DNA from: Promethearchaeota archaeon
GTDB taxonomy: Archaea; Asgardarchaeota; Lokiarchaeia; Sigyniarchaeales; SOKP01
Direction of reading: 5' to 3'
DNA length: 64,000 bases
Assembly: GCA_048937405.1 (NCBI GenBank)
Contig: JBHLNF010000005.1
Span: 64,001-128,000 of the forward strand
The notes below the pieces were generated by a model, which saw only the letters and a list, made by a program, of their open reading frames with translations, made no database searches and was not told where the DNA came from. This document shows, one piece after another, positions 1-9,920 of this stretch (the first letter of the stretch is position 1; each line of letters starts with the position of its first letter). A program made the translations under genes and the position numbers.

Positions 1-141
1 TTTTAATTAAAAAAATTGTATTGATTAACATTAGTTTAATTTAATCTAAATTTTTATTAGTTATTTATCAAAACTATTTAATATTTTTTTATAATTGTTT
101 ATTTATTAGGTATTTATTTTATTTCTAAAAATTGAGATATT

Positions 142-561
142 ATGGAAGAGTCAGAAAAAGAAAATCTATTTGATACTTTTAAAGCTGTTATTGAGAGTAT
201 AGTGAATGAAAAGAGGATGGTTCCCAAAAGTAATAAAAAATTGGTAAAATTAGCTGCAGGAGTAAATTTAGGTCTCCAGATTGAAAAAGATTATATTTTT
301 TGGTTAAATCTGAAAACAGAAGGTGGAATTTTCGTCTTAAATAGAGGAAAATTAGAAGAGTATGATTTTCAATTAATAGCAGCTCCAGAAGATTTGATGT
401 ATTTTTGTAATGGAGAGAATTCAACTGTTCATATGATTACCAATAAAAATCAATTTGGTAAACGAAAACTTAGAATCCAGAAGGGTACTACTGGAAGAAA
501 TCTTGGAAAACTTATGAATCTTGCAAATCTTCTCGTTATTGATAAAGAATCACCATTTTAA
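142..561 (+). CDS. SCP2 (sterol carrier protein 2)-like lipid-binding protein
   Basis: 139 aa; pattern WLNLKTEGG..LNRGKLEEYDFQLIAAPEDL...GK..LRI.G resembles a divergent SCP2 fold; adjacent to an acyl-CoA ligase. Confidence 0.5.
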   Translation: MEESEKENLFDTFKAVIESIVNEKRMVPKSNKKLVKLAAGVNLGLQIEKDYIFWLNLKTEGGIFVLNRGKLEEYDFQLIAAPEDLMYFCNGENSTVHMITNKNQFGKRKLRIQKGTTGRNLGKLMNLANLLVIDKESPF

Positions 562-683
562 CTTAATGGAAATTTCTAGTACTCCTATTGATTTACTTTT
601 TATATTATTTTTTTCAATACTCTATTTTATTATATTTTAAAAACACTGAAAAAGTTATATTAGATTCTTCCAAAAATAAGATT

Positions 684-2336
684 ATGACAGAAAAAAAAAT
701 GTCAGATGAAAGGCTTTATTATAAGCATTGGCCTGATAATGTTCCTAAGAAAATAGAATATGATGGTAAGACTCTAGTGGATTATTTTGAAGACTCAGTG
801 AAAGTATATGAAAATAATGCTTTAACATATTTCATGGGATTTGAATTAACTTATAAACAAGCACAAGATATTGTATATCGAATAGCTACCATACTTACAA
901 ATATTGGCATAAAGAAAGGGGATACTGTGGCTATCCATTTTACGAATAATCCAGCATTTATTACAGCTTATTTTGGTGTGATAAAAATTGGAGCTATAGT
1001 AACTAGTATATCACCACTTTTTAAGAGTCTAGAAATAAAACGTCAATTGAACGATAGTGAAGCTAAAGTCTATATAGGATGGGAGGGATTTTCCCAGATA
1101 GTAGATTCTATTATTTTAGAAACTAATGTGAAACATAAGTTTTATAGCAATTTAGGCCCTTATCTTTCATTAGATCCTATGGCTCCTCCTCAATATCCAT
1201 CTAGTAGCGACCCTACATGGGAGGATATTATAAGAAACACTCAACCAGATCCACCTAAAATCCAAATCAATCCAGAGGATCTTGCTATGCTCCAATATAC
1301 AGGAGGAACAACGGGATTCCCTAAAGGAGCAATGATAACACATGGAAGTATAGCAAATTGTATTTCACAAGCAGAAGCATTGTTTGTAGAAAAAGAACTT
1401 GGAAAAGAAGTAATAGTTGCTGCATTACCTTTTTATCATATTTATATGGCTTTTATGATGAATATTGCTGTTCATTTGGGAGGAAAACTTGCTTGTGTTT
1501 TTAATCCAAGAGAAGCACATGAAATTATTGAAGTTATTGAAGTAACAAGAGCTACTTTATTTCCGGGTGTTGCAGCGATTTATAATAATATTAATAATTA
1601 TGAGAATATTGAAAAGCATGATCTTTCGAGTATAAAATATTGTTTTAGTAGCGCTGGACCACTTCCTGATGAAATTCGGATTAGGTTTGAAGAATTGACA
1701 GGAGCAAAACTGAGGGAAGCGTATGGTTTAACTGAAATGTCTCCAGTTGTAACAGCAAATCCTTTTGAGGGATTGAATAAACCTGGTACTATAGGGATAC
1801 CAATTCCTAATACTGAAGTAAAAGTTATCGATCAAGATGAAAAAACATTACCTATAGGGGAAGTTGGAGAAATTATATGTAGAGGACCACAAATGATGAA
1901 AGGATATTTCAAACAAGAAGAAGAAACTGCCAATACTATTAAAAAACATGAAGATGGAAACTTTTGGTTACATACGGGAGACTTAGGTGTTATGGATGAG
2001 GATGGTTATATAACTATAAAGGATAGATTAAAAAATCTCATTAAATATAAGGGGCATTCAGTTTATCCAACAGAAGTAGAAAATTTATTATATAATAATG
2101 AAGTTATTGAAGAATGTGGGGTTATTGGGATTATTGATGATAAAGGGAATGAAAACATTAAAGCTTTTGTTGTCCTGAAAGAAGAATTTAAAGATAAAGT
2201 TACAGAACAAGAGATTATTGATTGGGCAAGAGAAAATATGGCATTTGATAAATATCCTAGATTTGTAGAATTCATCGATGAAATTCCAAAAACAATTGTA
2301 GGTAAAGTTTTACATAGAGAATTAAGGGATTTATGA
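684..2336 (+). CDS. fadD: long-chain fatty acid--CoA ligase (AMP-binding family)
   Basis: YTGGTTGFPKG AMP-binding motif, YGLTE, LHTGDLG, PKTIVGK; start moved from 588 to ATG 684 (699 also possible). Confidence 0.9.
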   Translation: MTEKKMSDERLYYKHWPDNVPKKIEYDGKTLVDYFEDSVKVYENNALTYFMGFELTYKQAQDIVYRIATILTNIGIKKGDTVAIHFTNNPAFITAYFGVIKIGAIVTSISPLFKSLEIKRQLNDSEAKVYIGWEGFSQIVDSIILETNVKHKFYSNLGPYLSLDPMAPPQYPSSSDPTWEDIIRNTQPDPPKIQINPEDLAMLQYTGGTTGFPKGAMITHGSIANCISQAEALFVEKELGKEVIVAALPFYHIYMAFMMNIAVHLGGKLACVFNPREAHEIIEVIEVTRATLFPGVAAIYNNINNYENIEKHDLSSIKYCFSSAGPLPDEIRIRFEELTGAKLREAYGLTEMSPVVTANPFEGLNKPGTIGIPIPNTEVKVIDQDEKTLPIGEVGEIICRGPQMMKGYFKQEEETANTIKKHEDGNFWLHTGDLGVMDEDGYITIKDRLKNLIKYKGHSVYPTEVENLLYNNEVIEECGVIGIIDDKGNENIKAFVVLKEEFKDKVTEQEIIDWARENMAFDKYPRFVEFIDEIPKTIVGKVLHRELRDL

Positions 2337-2366
2337 AAGGAATAAAAGAATAATAAAAAAAGGTAT

Positions 2367-2822
2367 TTAGTAATATTCTGTCTCAACTATAGTAGTTGAG
2401 TTTACGAGCTCTTGAGCGGCTTTTGTTGCTCTCATGACTTTTGCCATATTTCCTATTAATTTAAACTTACCTGCCATAAGCCCTTGGATTGGATCAATCT
2501 CCTTATTCAACATTTTAATCCAATTATCATAAGGTCCTGAGAATTCAAACTCTGCTCCAACTTTTCCTTCTCCTAATGGTCTTGGCGGAGAATTAGGAGG
2601 TAAAATGTCATATTGTTCTCCTTCTGCTAATGCTTTTACACCAGTACAATCTCCTTTATAAAGACCAACAAACATTTTCAATTCTTTATCTAGATTACCA
2701 CTAGGTTTAATGACAAAGATAAAATCTCCTTCCCACCAACTTGCAGCTTCTTTATAATTTTGATTGTTATTTAAAGCTTTCATATAAGCATCAAGCCATT
2801 CTTGTGTCCCAACTTTTGGCAT
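2367..2822 (-). CDS. SCP2 sterol-binding domain protein
   Basis: EWLDAY..ALN.N..YKEAA..WEGDF and LDPIQGLMAGKFKL.GNM-like (IDPIQGLMAGKFKLIGNM) SCP2 signature; start at M4. Confidence 0.8.
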   Translation of the reverse strand: MPKVGTQEWLDAYMKALNNNQNYKEAASWWEGDFIFVIKPSGNLDKELKMFVGLYKGDCTGVKALAEGEQYDILPPNSPPRPLGEGKVGAEFEFSGPYDNWIKMLNKEIDPIQGLMAGKFKLIGNMAKVMRATKAAQELVNSTTIVETEYY

Positions 2823-2954
2823 ATTTATCACTTCTCAAATAATTTTATCTAAATTGGAATAGATTTATGATCAGTATAAAGAAGAATTCTAAATAAACAA
2901 TTTCATACAAGAAAATTCTATTAATATTAAAAATAAAGAGACGTAAAAATAATA

Positions 2955-4091
2955 TTATATGCCAATACCTATAGTATTTCCAATACCTGCTAAAATGATT
3001 CTAGTTCCCTTTTCAGTTCTCTTTCGAATTGAAATCTTTATTTTTTCAACAAATTGAGCTACAGATTTAGTAATGGGCCTTTTCATAGTAGTTATTGCAT
3101 CCTCTAAAGATTGTTTACAAATTAGGGCATCAATAGGGATTGCTTTTCCGGTTGAAGCTTCTTCAATAAGATACTTTTCAACTCCAATCCCTCCTATAGC
3201 AGCTCCGACACCAACTGCAATTGAACCTGTTTTATCTCCAGAGAGCTTTAAACCAGCATCGATCATTATAATCCTTGAAATATAATCTCCATGTTGTTCA
3301 ATTAATTGTTTAATTGCTTTTCCTGGTTTTCCGACAGTTCCACCTGGTCCTTTAGCTCGCACCACATACACAGTTCTATCTTCAAAATCAACTTCTTGGA
3401 CAATTGTTTCTCTTACAATTTCATCTGCTCTAATATCTTCTTCTGTTATGGATTTAAGAAAACTAGCTGCGACTAATGGCCCAAGTCCATCTCCAATTGG
3501 GCTACCTTCAGAGAAAGCTTTTGCAGCATGATAATATGCCTTAGCCATACTCATGATTAATCCTAATTGAAAGGAAATCTGCACTAATAATATCATTGAT
3601 TTCGACTTTTTCCCAAGAATTAGGTAGTGCCGAATCAACCTGTAGATGAAATCTATAGCCATTGTTGCTTCCAATAAATTTTCTAGATTAGCTCTTTGCA
3701 CAGAATCTGCATTTGGAGCTAGCATTTCAACTTCTTCTTTATATCTATTATCTCTCACATCTACAACATGATCAAATTTAGGAACGATTCCATAGGGATC
3801 AAGAGAGACAGGTGAGATAGTAACGAATGTTAGAAAATCTTCTATTTGTAACATCAAATCTTTCTGAGTTTTTTTTTTATCAGCAAATTCCTTGAAGTTA
3901 GTTATTAAAATTTCTTTACACTCATCATTCCATTTTTTTAATTTTTCTAAAGCAACCTGAATGTCTTTAGATGCTTTCCATGCTTGAATCTTTTGTCCAT
4001 AAAACATTGAAATAAAAATTAGAACAAGCCACAATAACGATATGATAAGAGATACTGGATCTGTTTGTGCCGGTTGATAAATGTTATTCAT
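2955..4091 (-). CDS. DUF1512 family archaeal membrane-anchored protein
   Basis: N-terminal TM, PVSLDPYG, PIGDGLGPLVA, GPGGTVGKPG, GIGNTIGI. Confidence 0.8.
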   Translation of the reverse strand: MNNIYQPAQTDPVSLIISLLWLVLIFISMFYGQKIQAWKASKDIQVALEKLKKWNDECKEILITNFKEFADKKKTQKDLMLQIEDFLTFVTISPVSLDPYGIVPKFDHVVDVRDNRYKEEVEMLAPNADSVQRANLENLLEATMAIDFIYRLIRHYLILGKKSKSMILLVQISFQLGLIMSMAKAYYHAAKAFSEGSPIGDGLGPLVAASFLKSITEEDIRADEIVRETIVQEVDFEDRTVYVVRAKGPGGTVGKPGKAIKQLIEQHGDYISRIIMIDAGLKLSGDKTGSIAVGVGAAIGGIGVEKYLIEEASTGKAIPIDALICKQSLEDAITTMKRPITKSVAQFVEKIKISIRKRTEKGTRIILAGIGNTIGIGI

Positions 4092-4209
4092 CTCATTGTT
4101 AAATTATTTAGTATTTGAAAACTCTAATTTCTCTAGTTCTTATAATAAAAAAATTTATTTATTCTTTTCTATTATAAAGCATAGAAAAAAAGAAATTGCA
4201 ATATGTTCT

Positions 4210-4650
4210 ATGATTGAAGAAGAAGACGATGAGGATGTACTAAAAAAAAAAATTACATTAAAAAGTGTTTTAAAAAACATATTATTAATTCTATTAATGG
4301 TATTAGGCGGTATATTCATTTATCTTGATATTGGGCTTGATACCGTCTCAAGTTGGACAATTGGTATCATGCTAATGTGTCTTGGATTATCTTTAGTCCA
4401 AATTCAAAAAACCCCTCCTGAACCTATCAGACAGACTCTTTCAATACTAATCTGTAACTTATGTGGTCTTACAAAAGTAAGAAACTATGAGAAAGGAGAC
4501 TTTGTCTTTAAAAGATTAGATAAATGTGAAAAATGTAATGATTTAATGGAGATAAAAGATATATATTCTGTAAGGTTAAAGAGTCCTACTGAAAAAAATA
4601 AGGGACAAGAAAGTAATAGGGATTCTCAAAAAGAAAATATCAAAAAATAA
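4210..4650 (+). CDS. small membrane protein with C-terminal zinc ribbon
   Basis: two hydrophobic helices, then CNLC...RNYEKGDFVFK...CEKC; ATG 4210 preferred because 4081 overlaps the divergent gene. Confidence 0.7.
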   Translation: MIEEEDDEDVLKKKITLKSVLKNILLILLMVLGGIFIYLDIGLDTVSSWTIGIMLMCLGLSLVQIQKTPPEPIRQTLSILICNLCGLTKVRNYEKGDFVFKRLDKCEKCNDLMEIKDIYSVRLKSPTEKNKGQESNRDSQKENIKK

Positions 4651-4673
4651 ATATCTAATCTTATTCAATTAAT

Positions 4674-4680
4674 AGGAGGT
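4674..4680 (+). promoter_or_regulatory. Shine-Dalgarno site for coaD
   Basis: AGGAGGT 7 nt upstream of in-frame ATT. Confidence 0.6.
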
Positions 4681-4687
4681 TCTTCAG

Positions 4688-5131
4688 ATTCTCAAAAAAG
4701 TAGGATTAGGAGGAACTTTCGATCATCTTCATGAAGGTCATAAATATCTATTAAAAATAGCCCTCTCTATTTCTGAAAATATTGAAATTGGATTAACAAC
4801 TCAGGATTTACTAAAAAATAAGCAATATTCTTCAAAATTGGAAAATTATCAAACTAGAAAAAAAAAATTAAAAAACTACATTAGTTCTATTACCGATTTA
4901 AATCGAATTAATATTGTTGAGATATCAAATTGGGCGGATATGGATGAATGTGCTCAAGATCCAGAATATGAGGGCTTAGTAGTCAGTCAAGAAACATATG
5001 ATAATGCTTTAAAGTTAAATGAAAATAGAACGAAAAGTGGGCTAAATCCTCTTGTTCTAATTGTTATACCACTTCTAAAGGATGATAATAACAATAAAAT
5101 TAGTTCTACATCAATAAGAGCTAAACTATAG
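4688..5131 (+). CDS. coaD: phosphopantetheine adenylyltransferase (archaeal/eukaryotic-type cytidylyltransferase fold)
   Basis: frame of ORF 4838 stays open upstream and reads LKKVGLGGTFDHLHEGH (HxGH); also LVVSQET and KISSTSIR; start inferred at ATT 4688 behind AGGAGGT. Confidence 0.85.
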   Translation: MLKKVGLGGTFDHLHEGHKYLLKIALSISENIEIGLTTQDLLKNKQYSSKLENYQTRKKKLKNYISSITDLNRINIVEISNWADMDECAQDPEYEGLVVSQETYDNALKLNENRTKSGLNPLVLIVIPLLKDDNNNKISSTSIRAKL

Positions 5132-5319
5132 AAAACTTATTTTTAAATTGAAATTAAGAAAAATTGATAAAAAAAACAAAAATTTTTACATAATTCTAGA
5201 TATTACTATAATCAAGAACTTTATTCTAGTGATTTGATGATTATGGAATGGTATCCTGAAACTATATATATGAAAATAAGTTCCTTCCAAAAATCATACT
5301 ACTTTAGATTCTTTATTCT

Positions 5320-5361
5320 GCCAAGGGAATAATTTTTTCAAACTAAATTTAGTCCCTTGGC
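5320..5361. repeat. 9-bp perfect inverted repeat (hairpin) in the coaD-pheS intergenic region
   Basis: GCCAAGGGA (5320-5328) / TCCCTTGGC (5353-5361), 24-nt loop. Confidence 0.7.
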
Positions 5362-5466
5362 TGCGGATTTTTTGATTTTAAATTTAGTATAATCCACTTT
5401 TTTGCAGTAAAATTTAGAAAACATCCTTCTAATTCAAGAAAGAGTAATTTACAATAACTAAATCCA

Positions 5467-5481
5467 CGAAAGATTTAAATA
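5467..5481 (+). promoter_or_regulatory. possible BRE-TATA promoter of pheST-pheA
   Basis: CGAAAGA-TTTAAATA about 55 nt upstream of the pheS ATG; weak evidence in AT-rich DNA. Confidence 0.3.
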
Positions 5482-5535
5482 CGTTAGAGATTTTAAAAGA
5501 TATAAGAAAAACGTAATTTAATTTGGAATTAATTT

Positions 5536-7071
5536 ATGACGATTCGACTTAAAAGAGAAGTAATTGATATTTTAAGGGTATTAAAGAAAAAAAATTCAGA
5601 AATACTCGCAACAGAATTAGCAAAAGAACTTAAAATTGACTATATTGTACTTATGTCTGCGATCAATAGCTTGATTGAATACAATTTAGGAGGATTTAAA
5701 GAAAAAGATGTTCATCAAATCACTTTAAATAATGAAGGTAATAAATATTTAAAAGAAGGGCTTCCTGAACGTCAATTATTAAATATCTTATTAGAAAATA
5801 ATATTAAAGAAATTACTTTAGATGATTTCTTAAAAAAATCTAATTTGGATAAAAATATCTTCTATATTGGAATTTCAAATTTAAAAAAAAATCGTTGGAT
5901 ATCTCAAAGTAAAGCTTCAGGAAAGAATAAAATATTTCTTACAGCAGATAAGTTTCCTGAAACAGATATTGAAAAATTTCTTTTAAATTTTGAAAAAAAC
6001 TCTGTCATTGATTATTCTACAATCTCAAAAAATGAAATTAAGCAATTAGATTCATTAAATAAAAGGAAATTAATAAAAAAACATTATAAAACTAATAGAA
6101 TTATATATTTAACAGATAAAGGGAAAAAGATTGAACTTTCAAAAATTAAAGAATTAGCAGAAGTAAGTAAAATAACTTCTGAGATGCTAGTCTCTGGAAC
6201 TTGGAAAGATTATGATTTAAAATTATTTGATGTTACTAAACCTGGACCATTATTAAAAGCAGGAAAATTACATCCAATGATAAAATTAATTAATGAAATA
6301 AGAGAAATATTCATTTCTATGGGATTTACTGAGATAAGAGGTCCTATTATTGAAAGTGCATTTTACAATTTTGATGCTCTATTTCAACCACAAGATCATC
6401 CCGCTAGAGAAATGCAAGATACTTTTTATTTAAATAATCCAAAATTGGCAAAATTACCAAAAAAAGATAGAGTTCAAGCAGTTAAAGAAACACATGAAAA
6501 TGGAGGTGACTCAGGTTCTCATGGATGGGGTTATAAGTGGGATATAAGTACAGCTCAAAAAACAGTGTTAAGGACTCACACTACAGCAACAACAATAAGA
6601 AGATTAGCAGAATATTATAAAAATAATGAAAAACCCCCCATTAAAGTTTTTTGTATAGATAGAGTTTTTAGAAACGAAAAAGTAGATAGATCTCATTTAG
6701 CAGAATTTACTCAAGTTGAAGGAATAGTTATAGATGACAATGTAACCCTTTGTGATTTAATTGGAGTACTATCAGAATTTTACAGAAAATTAGGTTTTAA
6801 GAAAATTATAACTAGACCTGGATTTTTCCCTTATACTGAACCGAGTATGGAAATTTCTGTATATTATGAGAAAATGGGTGAATGGTTAGAAATGGGTGGT
6901 TCTGGTATTTTTCGACCAGAAGTCACATATCCTTGGGGAATAAAAAATCCAACACGTGTTTTGGCATGGGGACAAGGACTAGAAAGAATAGCAATGTTAT
7001 ACTTTAATCGTGATGATATGAGAGATTTATATATTAATCCAATTAAATGGTTAAGGAGTCAATCATACTAA
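5536..7071 (+). CDS. pheS: phenylalanine--tRNA ligase alpha subunit (archaeal long form)
   Basis: N-terminal wHTH region, FYNFDALFQPQDHPAREMQDTF, LRTHTT, FPYTEPS, GLERIAM. Confidence 0.97.
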   Translation: MTIRLKREVIDILRVLKKKNSEILATELAKELKIDYIVLMSAINSLIEYNLGGFKEKDVHQITLNNEGNKYLKEGLPERQLLNILLENNIKEITLDDFLKKSNLDKNIFYIGISNLKKNRWISQSKASGKNKIFLTADKFPETDIEKFLLNFEKNSVIDYSTISKNEIKQLDSLNKRKLIKKHYKTNRIIYLTDKGKKIELSKIKELAEVSKITSEMLVSGTWKDYDLKLFDVTKPGPLLKAGKLHPMIKLINEIREIFISMGFTEIRGPIIESAFYNFDALFQPQDHPAREMQDTFYLNNPKLAKLPKKDRVQAVKETHENGGDSGSHGWGYKWDISTAQKTVLRTHTTATTIRRLAEYYKNNEKPPIKVFCIDRVFRNEKVDRSHLAEFTQVEGIVIDDNVTLCDLIGVLSEFYRKLGFKKIITRPGFFPYTEPSMEISVYYEKMGEWLEMGGSGIFRPEVTYPWGIKNPTRVLAWGQGLERIAMLYFNRDDMRDLYINPIKWLRSQSY

Positions 7072-7089
7072 GAGAGAGGTTTAAAAGAA

Positions 7090-8766
7090 TTGCCAACAAT
7101 AGAATTAAAAATTGAAAGGCTAGAGAAATTAGTTGGAAAAAAATTAGAGATTAAGGATTTAGAATATGATTTACAGTGGATCGGTTTGGATTTAGAGGAT
7201 ATTGATGAAGAGGAACAAAAAATTAAAGTAGAATATAATCCAAATAGACCTGATTTTTCAAGTCCAGAAGGAATTGCTAGAGCACTTAAGGGTTACTATG
7301 AAATTGAAATTGGTTCGCCTACATTTGAAATTATTCCTGGAGAAATAGAATTAAATGTCGATCCAATAGTAAATCAAGTTCGACCATATATTGTATGTGG
7401 TGTTATAAGAGATATAGATTTGGATGAAGATGAAGTTGGGACATTGATGACTATACAAGAACATCTTCATTGGGCAGTTGGACGAGACAGAAAAAAGGTT
7501 GCAATAGGTGTCCATGATCTTGATAAAATTCTTCCTCCATTTCGATATACTGCGGTAAAACCAGATTCAGTAAGTTTTATTCCTCTCCATGGTGATGGAT
7601 ATCCAATGAATTTGGAGGAAATATTATTATTGCATGAAAAAGGAATAGAATATGCTCATATATTAGAAGGGAAAGAAGTATATCCCATAATTTTTGATAG
7701 TAATGATGAAGTTTTATCATTTCCTCCAGTGATAAATGGAATTTTAACAACCGTGACAGATGAAACAAAAAATCTATTTTTGGATCTAACCGGAACAGAT
7801 TTTAAAGCAATTAATTTAGCTTTAAATATTTTATCAACGACTCTAGCAGACATGGGTGCTAAAATTGAAAGTGTAAAAGTAAATTATGAGGATAAAGAAA
7901 ATATTATTACTCCTAATTTTACTCCTGAAAAATGGGAAGTTGGGATTAGTTATATAAATGATTATATTGGTTTAAATTTATCATCTAAGGAAATGATTAA
8001 ATGTTTTAATAAAGTTAGATTAGATGCGAAGCAGTCCAGCAAGAAGGATACCTTAAATATTTGGGTACCAACATACAGAGGAGATTTTATGCATGTTGTC
8101 GACTTTACAGAAGAGTGTGCGATTGGGTATGGTTATGAAAAATTACCAAGAACTATCAGTGAAGGATGTATCGGAGAGTATCATTATATTCAGTCATTTT
8201 CTAATAAAATAAGACATTTATTAATTGGAGCAGGATATCTAGAAGTTCTTAATTTTATATTATCTAATTCTGAAAAACATTATGACTATATGAATATAAA
8301 GTATGAAGAATCAAATCAGGTTGGGATTTTAAATCCCGTATCAAGAGAATACAATACTACAAGAACATTATTATTACCAAAATTAATGGAAACACTTCTA
8401 TATAATAGATCTGAAGAAAAGCCAATTAAGATTTTTGAAGTTGGAGACGTTATAATATTAGATTCTAAAGAAGAAACTGGTGCTAAAAGAGAAGTTCATC
8501 TTTCAGCTGTTTCTTATCATGAAAATGCTAACTTTACTGAAATAAGATCTTTATCAGATTTCCTTATGATTTCTCTTGGGTGTTATAGTGATTATCAAAT
8601 TAAACCTGAGGAAAGTTCCACATACATTAAAGGTCGATGTGGCGGAATCTATGTTAAGAATAAAAAAGTTGGAGAAATTGGTGAAATTAATCCTGAAGTC
8701 TTATTAAATTTCAAATTAGAATTCCCGGTTGCAGCCATTGAGTTAAATCTACAGGCTTTTATGTAA
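7090..8766 (+). CDS. pheT: phenylalanine--tRNA ligase beta subunit (archaeal type)
   Basis: MPTI start (TTG), NRPD, R.RKKVAIGVHD, LSFPPVIN, FEVG; follows pheS. Confidence 0.96.
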   Translation: MPTIELKIERLEKLVGKKLEIKDLEYDLQWIGLDLEDIDEEEQKIKVEYNPNRPDFSSPEGIARALKGYYEIEIGSPTFEIIPGEIELNVDPIVNQVRPYIVCGVIRDIDLDEDEVGTLMTIQEHLHWAVGRDRKKVAIGVHDLDKILPPFRYTAVKPDSVSFIPLHGDGYPMNLEEILLLHEKGIEYAHILEGKEVYPIIFDSNDEVLSFPPVINGILTTVTDETKNLFLDLTGTDFKAINLALNILSTTLADMGAKIESVKVNYEDKENIITPNFTPEKWEVGISYINDYIGLNLSSKEMIKCFNKVRLDAKQSSKKDTLNIWVPTYRGDFMHVVDFTEECAIGYGYEKLPRTISEGCIGEYHYIQSFSNKIRHLLIGAGYLEVLNFILSNSEKHYDYMNIKYEESNQVGILNPVSREYNTTRTLLLPKLMETLLYNRSEEKPIKIFEVGDVIILDSKEETGAKREVHLSAVSYHENANFTEIRSLSDFLMISLGCYSDYQIKPEESSTYIKGRCGGIYVKNKKVGEIGEINPEVLLNFKLEFPVAAIELNLQAFM

Positions 8767-8816
8767 TTTAATGAATTAATATCAATAAAGTAATAATTTT
8801 ATAGATTTGATCTTAA

Positions 8817-9920
8817 ATGAATGAGAAAACGAATAATAAAAATGAATTAGAAAATTATCGAAAGGAAATTAACAATATCGATAATAAACTCATTGAACTC
8901 TTGAACGAAAGAAGTAAATTTGTTCAAAAGATAGGAAATCTCAAAATAAAATTAAGAATGGATACACATCAGCCAAAAAGAGAAAAGGAGATAATAGATA
9001 GAATTAAACAAAAATCAACAATATTAAAACCAATGAGTATTGAAGCTATTTGGAAAGAAATTATTAGTGCAAGTAAACTCATTCAAGGTTTCGTTGATAA
9101 AGTAGGATTTTTAGGACCAAAGGGTACATTTACCCATCAAGCCGCATTGGAATATTTTCCAAAAGCAGGTACGGAATTCATATCATTCAATAATACACTA
9201 GAAATATTTGAGAATATCGCAAAAGAAATTATAGATTTTGGTATTATTCCAATTGAAAATAGCCTTCAAGGCACAGTTAGAGAAAATCTGGATTTATTAA
9301 TTGAAAAAGATTTGTTTATCTATGGAGAAATAGAACTGAGGATTATTCAAAATTTAATTTCGTTAAATATATCTGATCTCTCAAAAATCGAGAATATAAT
9401 TTCGCATCCACAAGCATTTGCCCAAACAAGAAAATGGCTCAAAACAAATATGCCGACTGCAAATTTAATCAATACCAGCTCAACTGCTGAAGCAGTTCGA
9501 AGGGTTAGTGAGTTAAATAATGAAAGTTATGCTGCCATTGGTACAGAGTTTTCAAGTAAATTATATGGTTTAAAAGTTTTAAATTCTAGAATTGAAGATG
9601 ATCCCTCAAACTATACAAGATTCTTAATTATATCAAAAAAAGAAAATGAATATATAGAAGGAAATATTAAAACCTCGATAGTTTTTGTGACGAAACATAT
9701 TCCAGGAGCTTTATATGGCGTGTTGAAAATTTTTGCGGATACAAACATAAATTTGTCAAAAATTGAATCACGACCGAGAAGAAAGGGACGATGGGAATAT
9801 ATTTTTCTCATGGATTTTGAGGGAGATAAGGATAATCCAAAAATAAAAAAAGCAATCGAAAAAATGAAAGAAAATGTTATTTGGTATAAAATTTTAGGTT
9901 CTTATCCTTTAAAAAAATAA
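8817..9920 (+). CDS. pheA: bifunctional chorismate mutase/prephenate dehydratase (P-protein)
   Basis: AroQ-type N-terminus (R.EIN.ID..LIELLNER), LGPKGTF, PIENS, SHPQA, NYTRF, ACT domain with IESRP. Confidence 0.93.
   Translation: MNEKTNNKNELENYRKEINNIDNKLIELLNERSKFVQKIGNLKIKLRMDTHQPKREKEIIDRIKQKSTILKPMSIEAIWKEIISASKLIQGFVDKVGFLGPKGTFTHQAALEYFPKAGTEFISFNNTLEIFENIAKEIIDFGIIPIENSLQGTVRENLDLLIEKDLFIYGEIELRIIQNLISLNISDLSKIENIISHPQAFAQTRKWLKTNMPTANLINTSSTAEAVRRVSELNNESYAAIGTEFSSKLYGLKVLNSRIEDDPSNYTRFLIISKKENEYIEGNIKTSIVFVTKHIPGALYGVLKIFADTNINLSKIESRPRRKGRWEYIFLMDFEGDKDNPKIKKAIEKMKENVIWYKILGSYPLKK

Noticed and set aside
4614-4698. Short direct repeat GATTCTCAAAAA (4621 and 4687), each preceded by TAATAGG
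   Set aside because: Only two 12-bp copies, both in coding sequence; not a CRISPR or a supportable target-site duplication
4688-5131. TagD glycerol-3-phosphate cytidylyltransferase partner for TagF
   Set aside because: IGLT, LVVSQET and KISSTSIR fit archaeal PPAT better
5235-5300. Possible C/D box sRNA (TGATGA-15 nt-CTGA)
   Set aside because: No convincing C' box or terminal D box; such short motifs arise by chance in AT-rich DNA
5320-5361. Hairpin as a SECIS element
   Set aside because: No AUGA/GA quartet at the stem base on either strand, and no adjacent gene with a plausible in-frame Sec UGA
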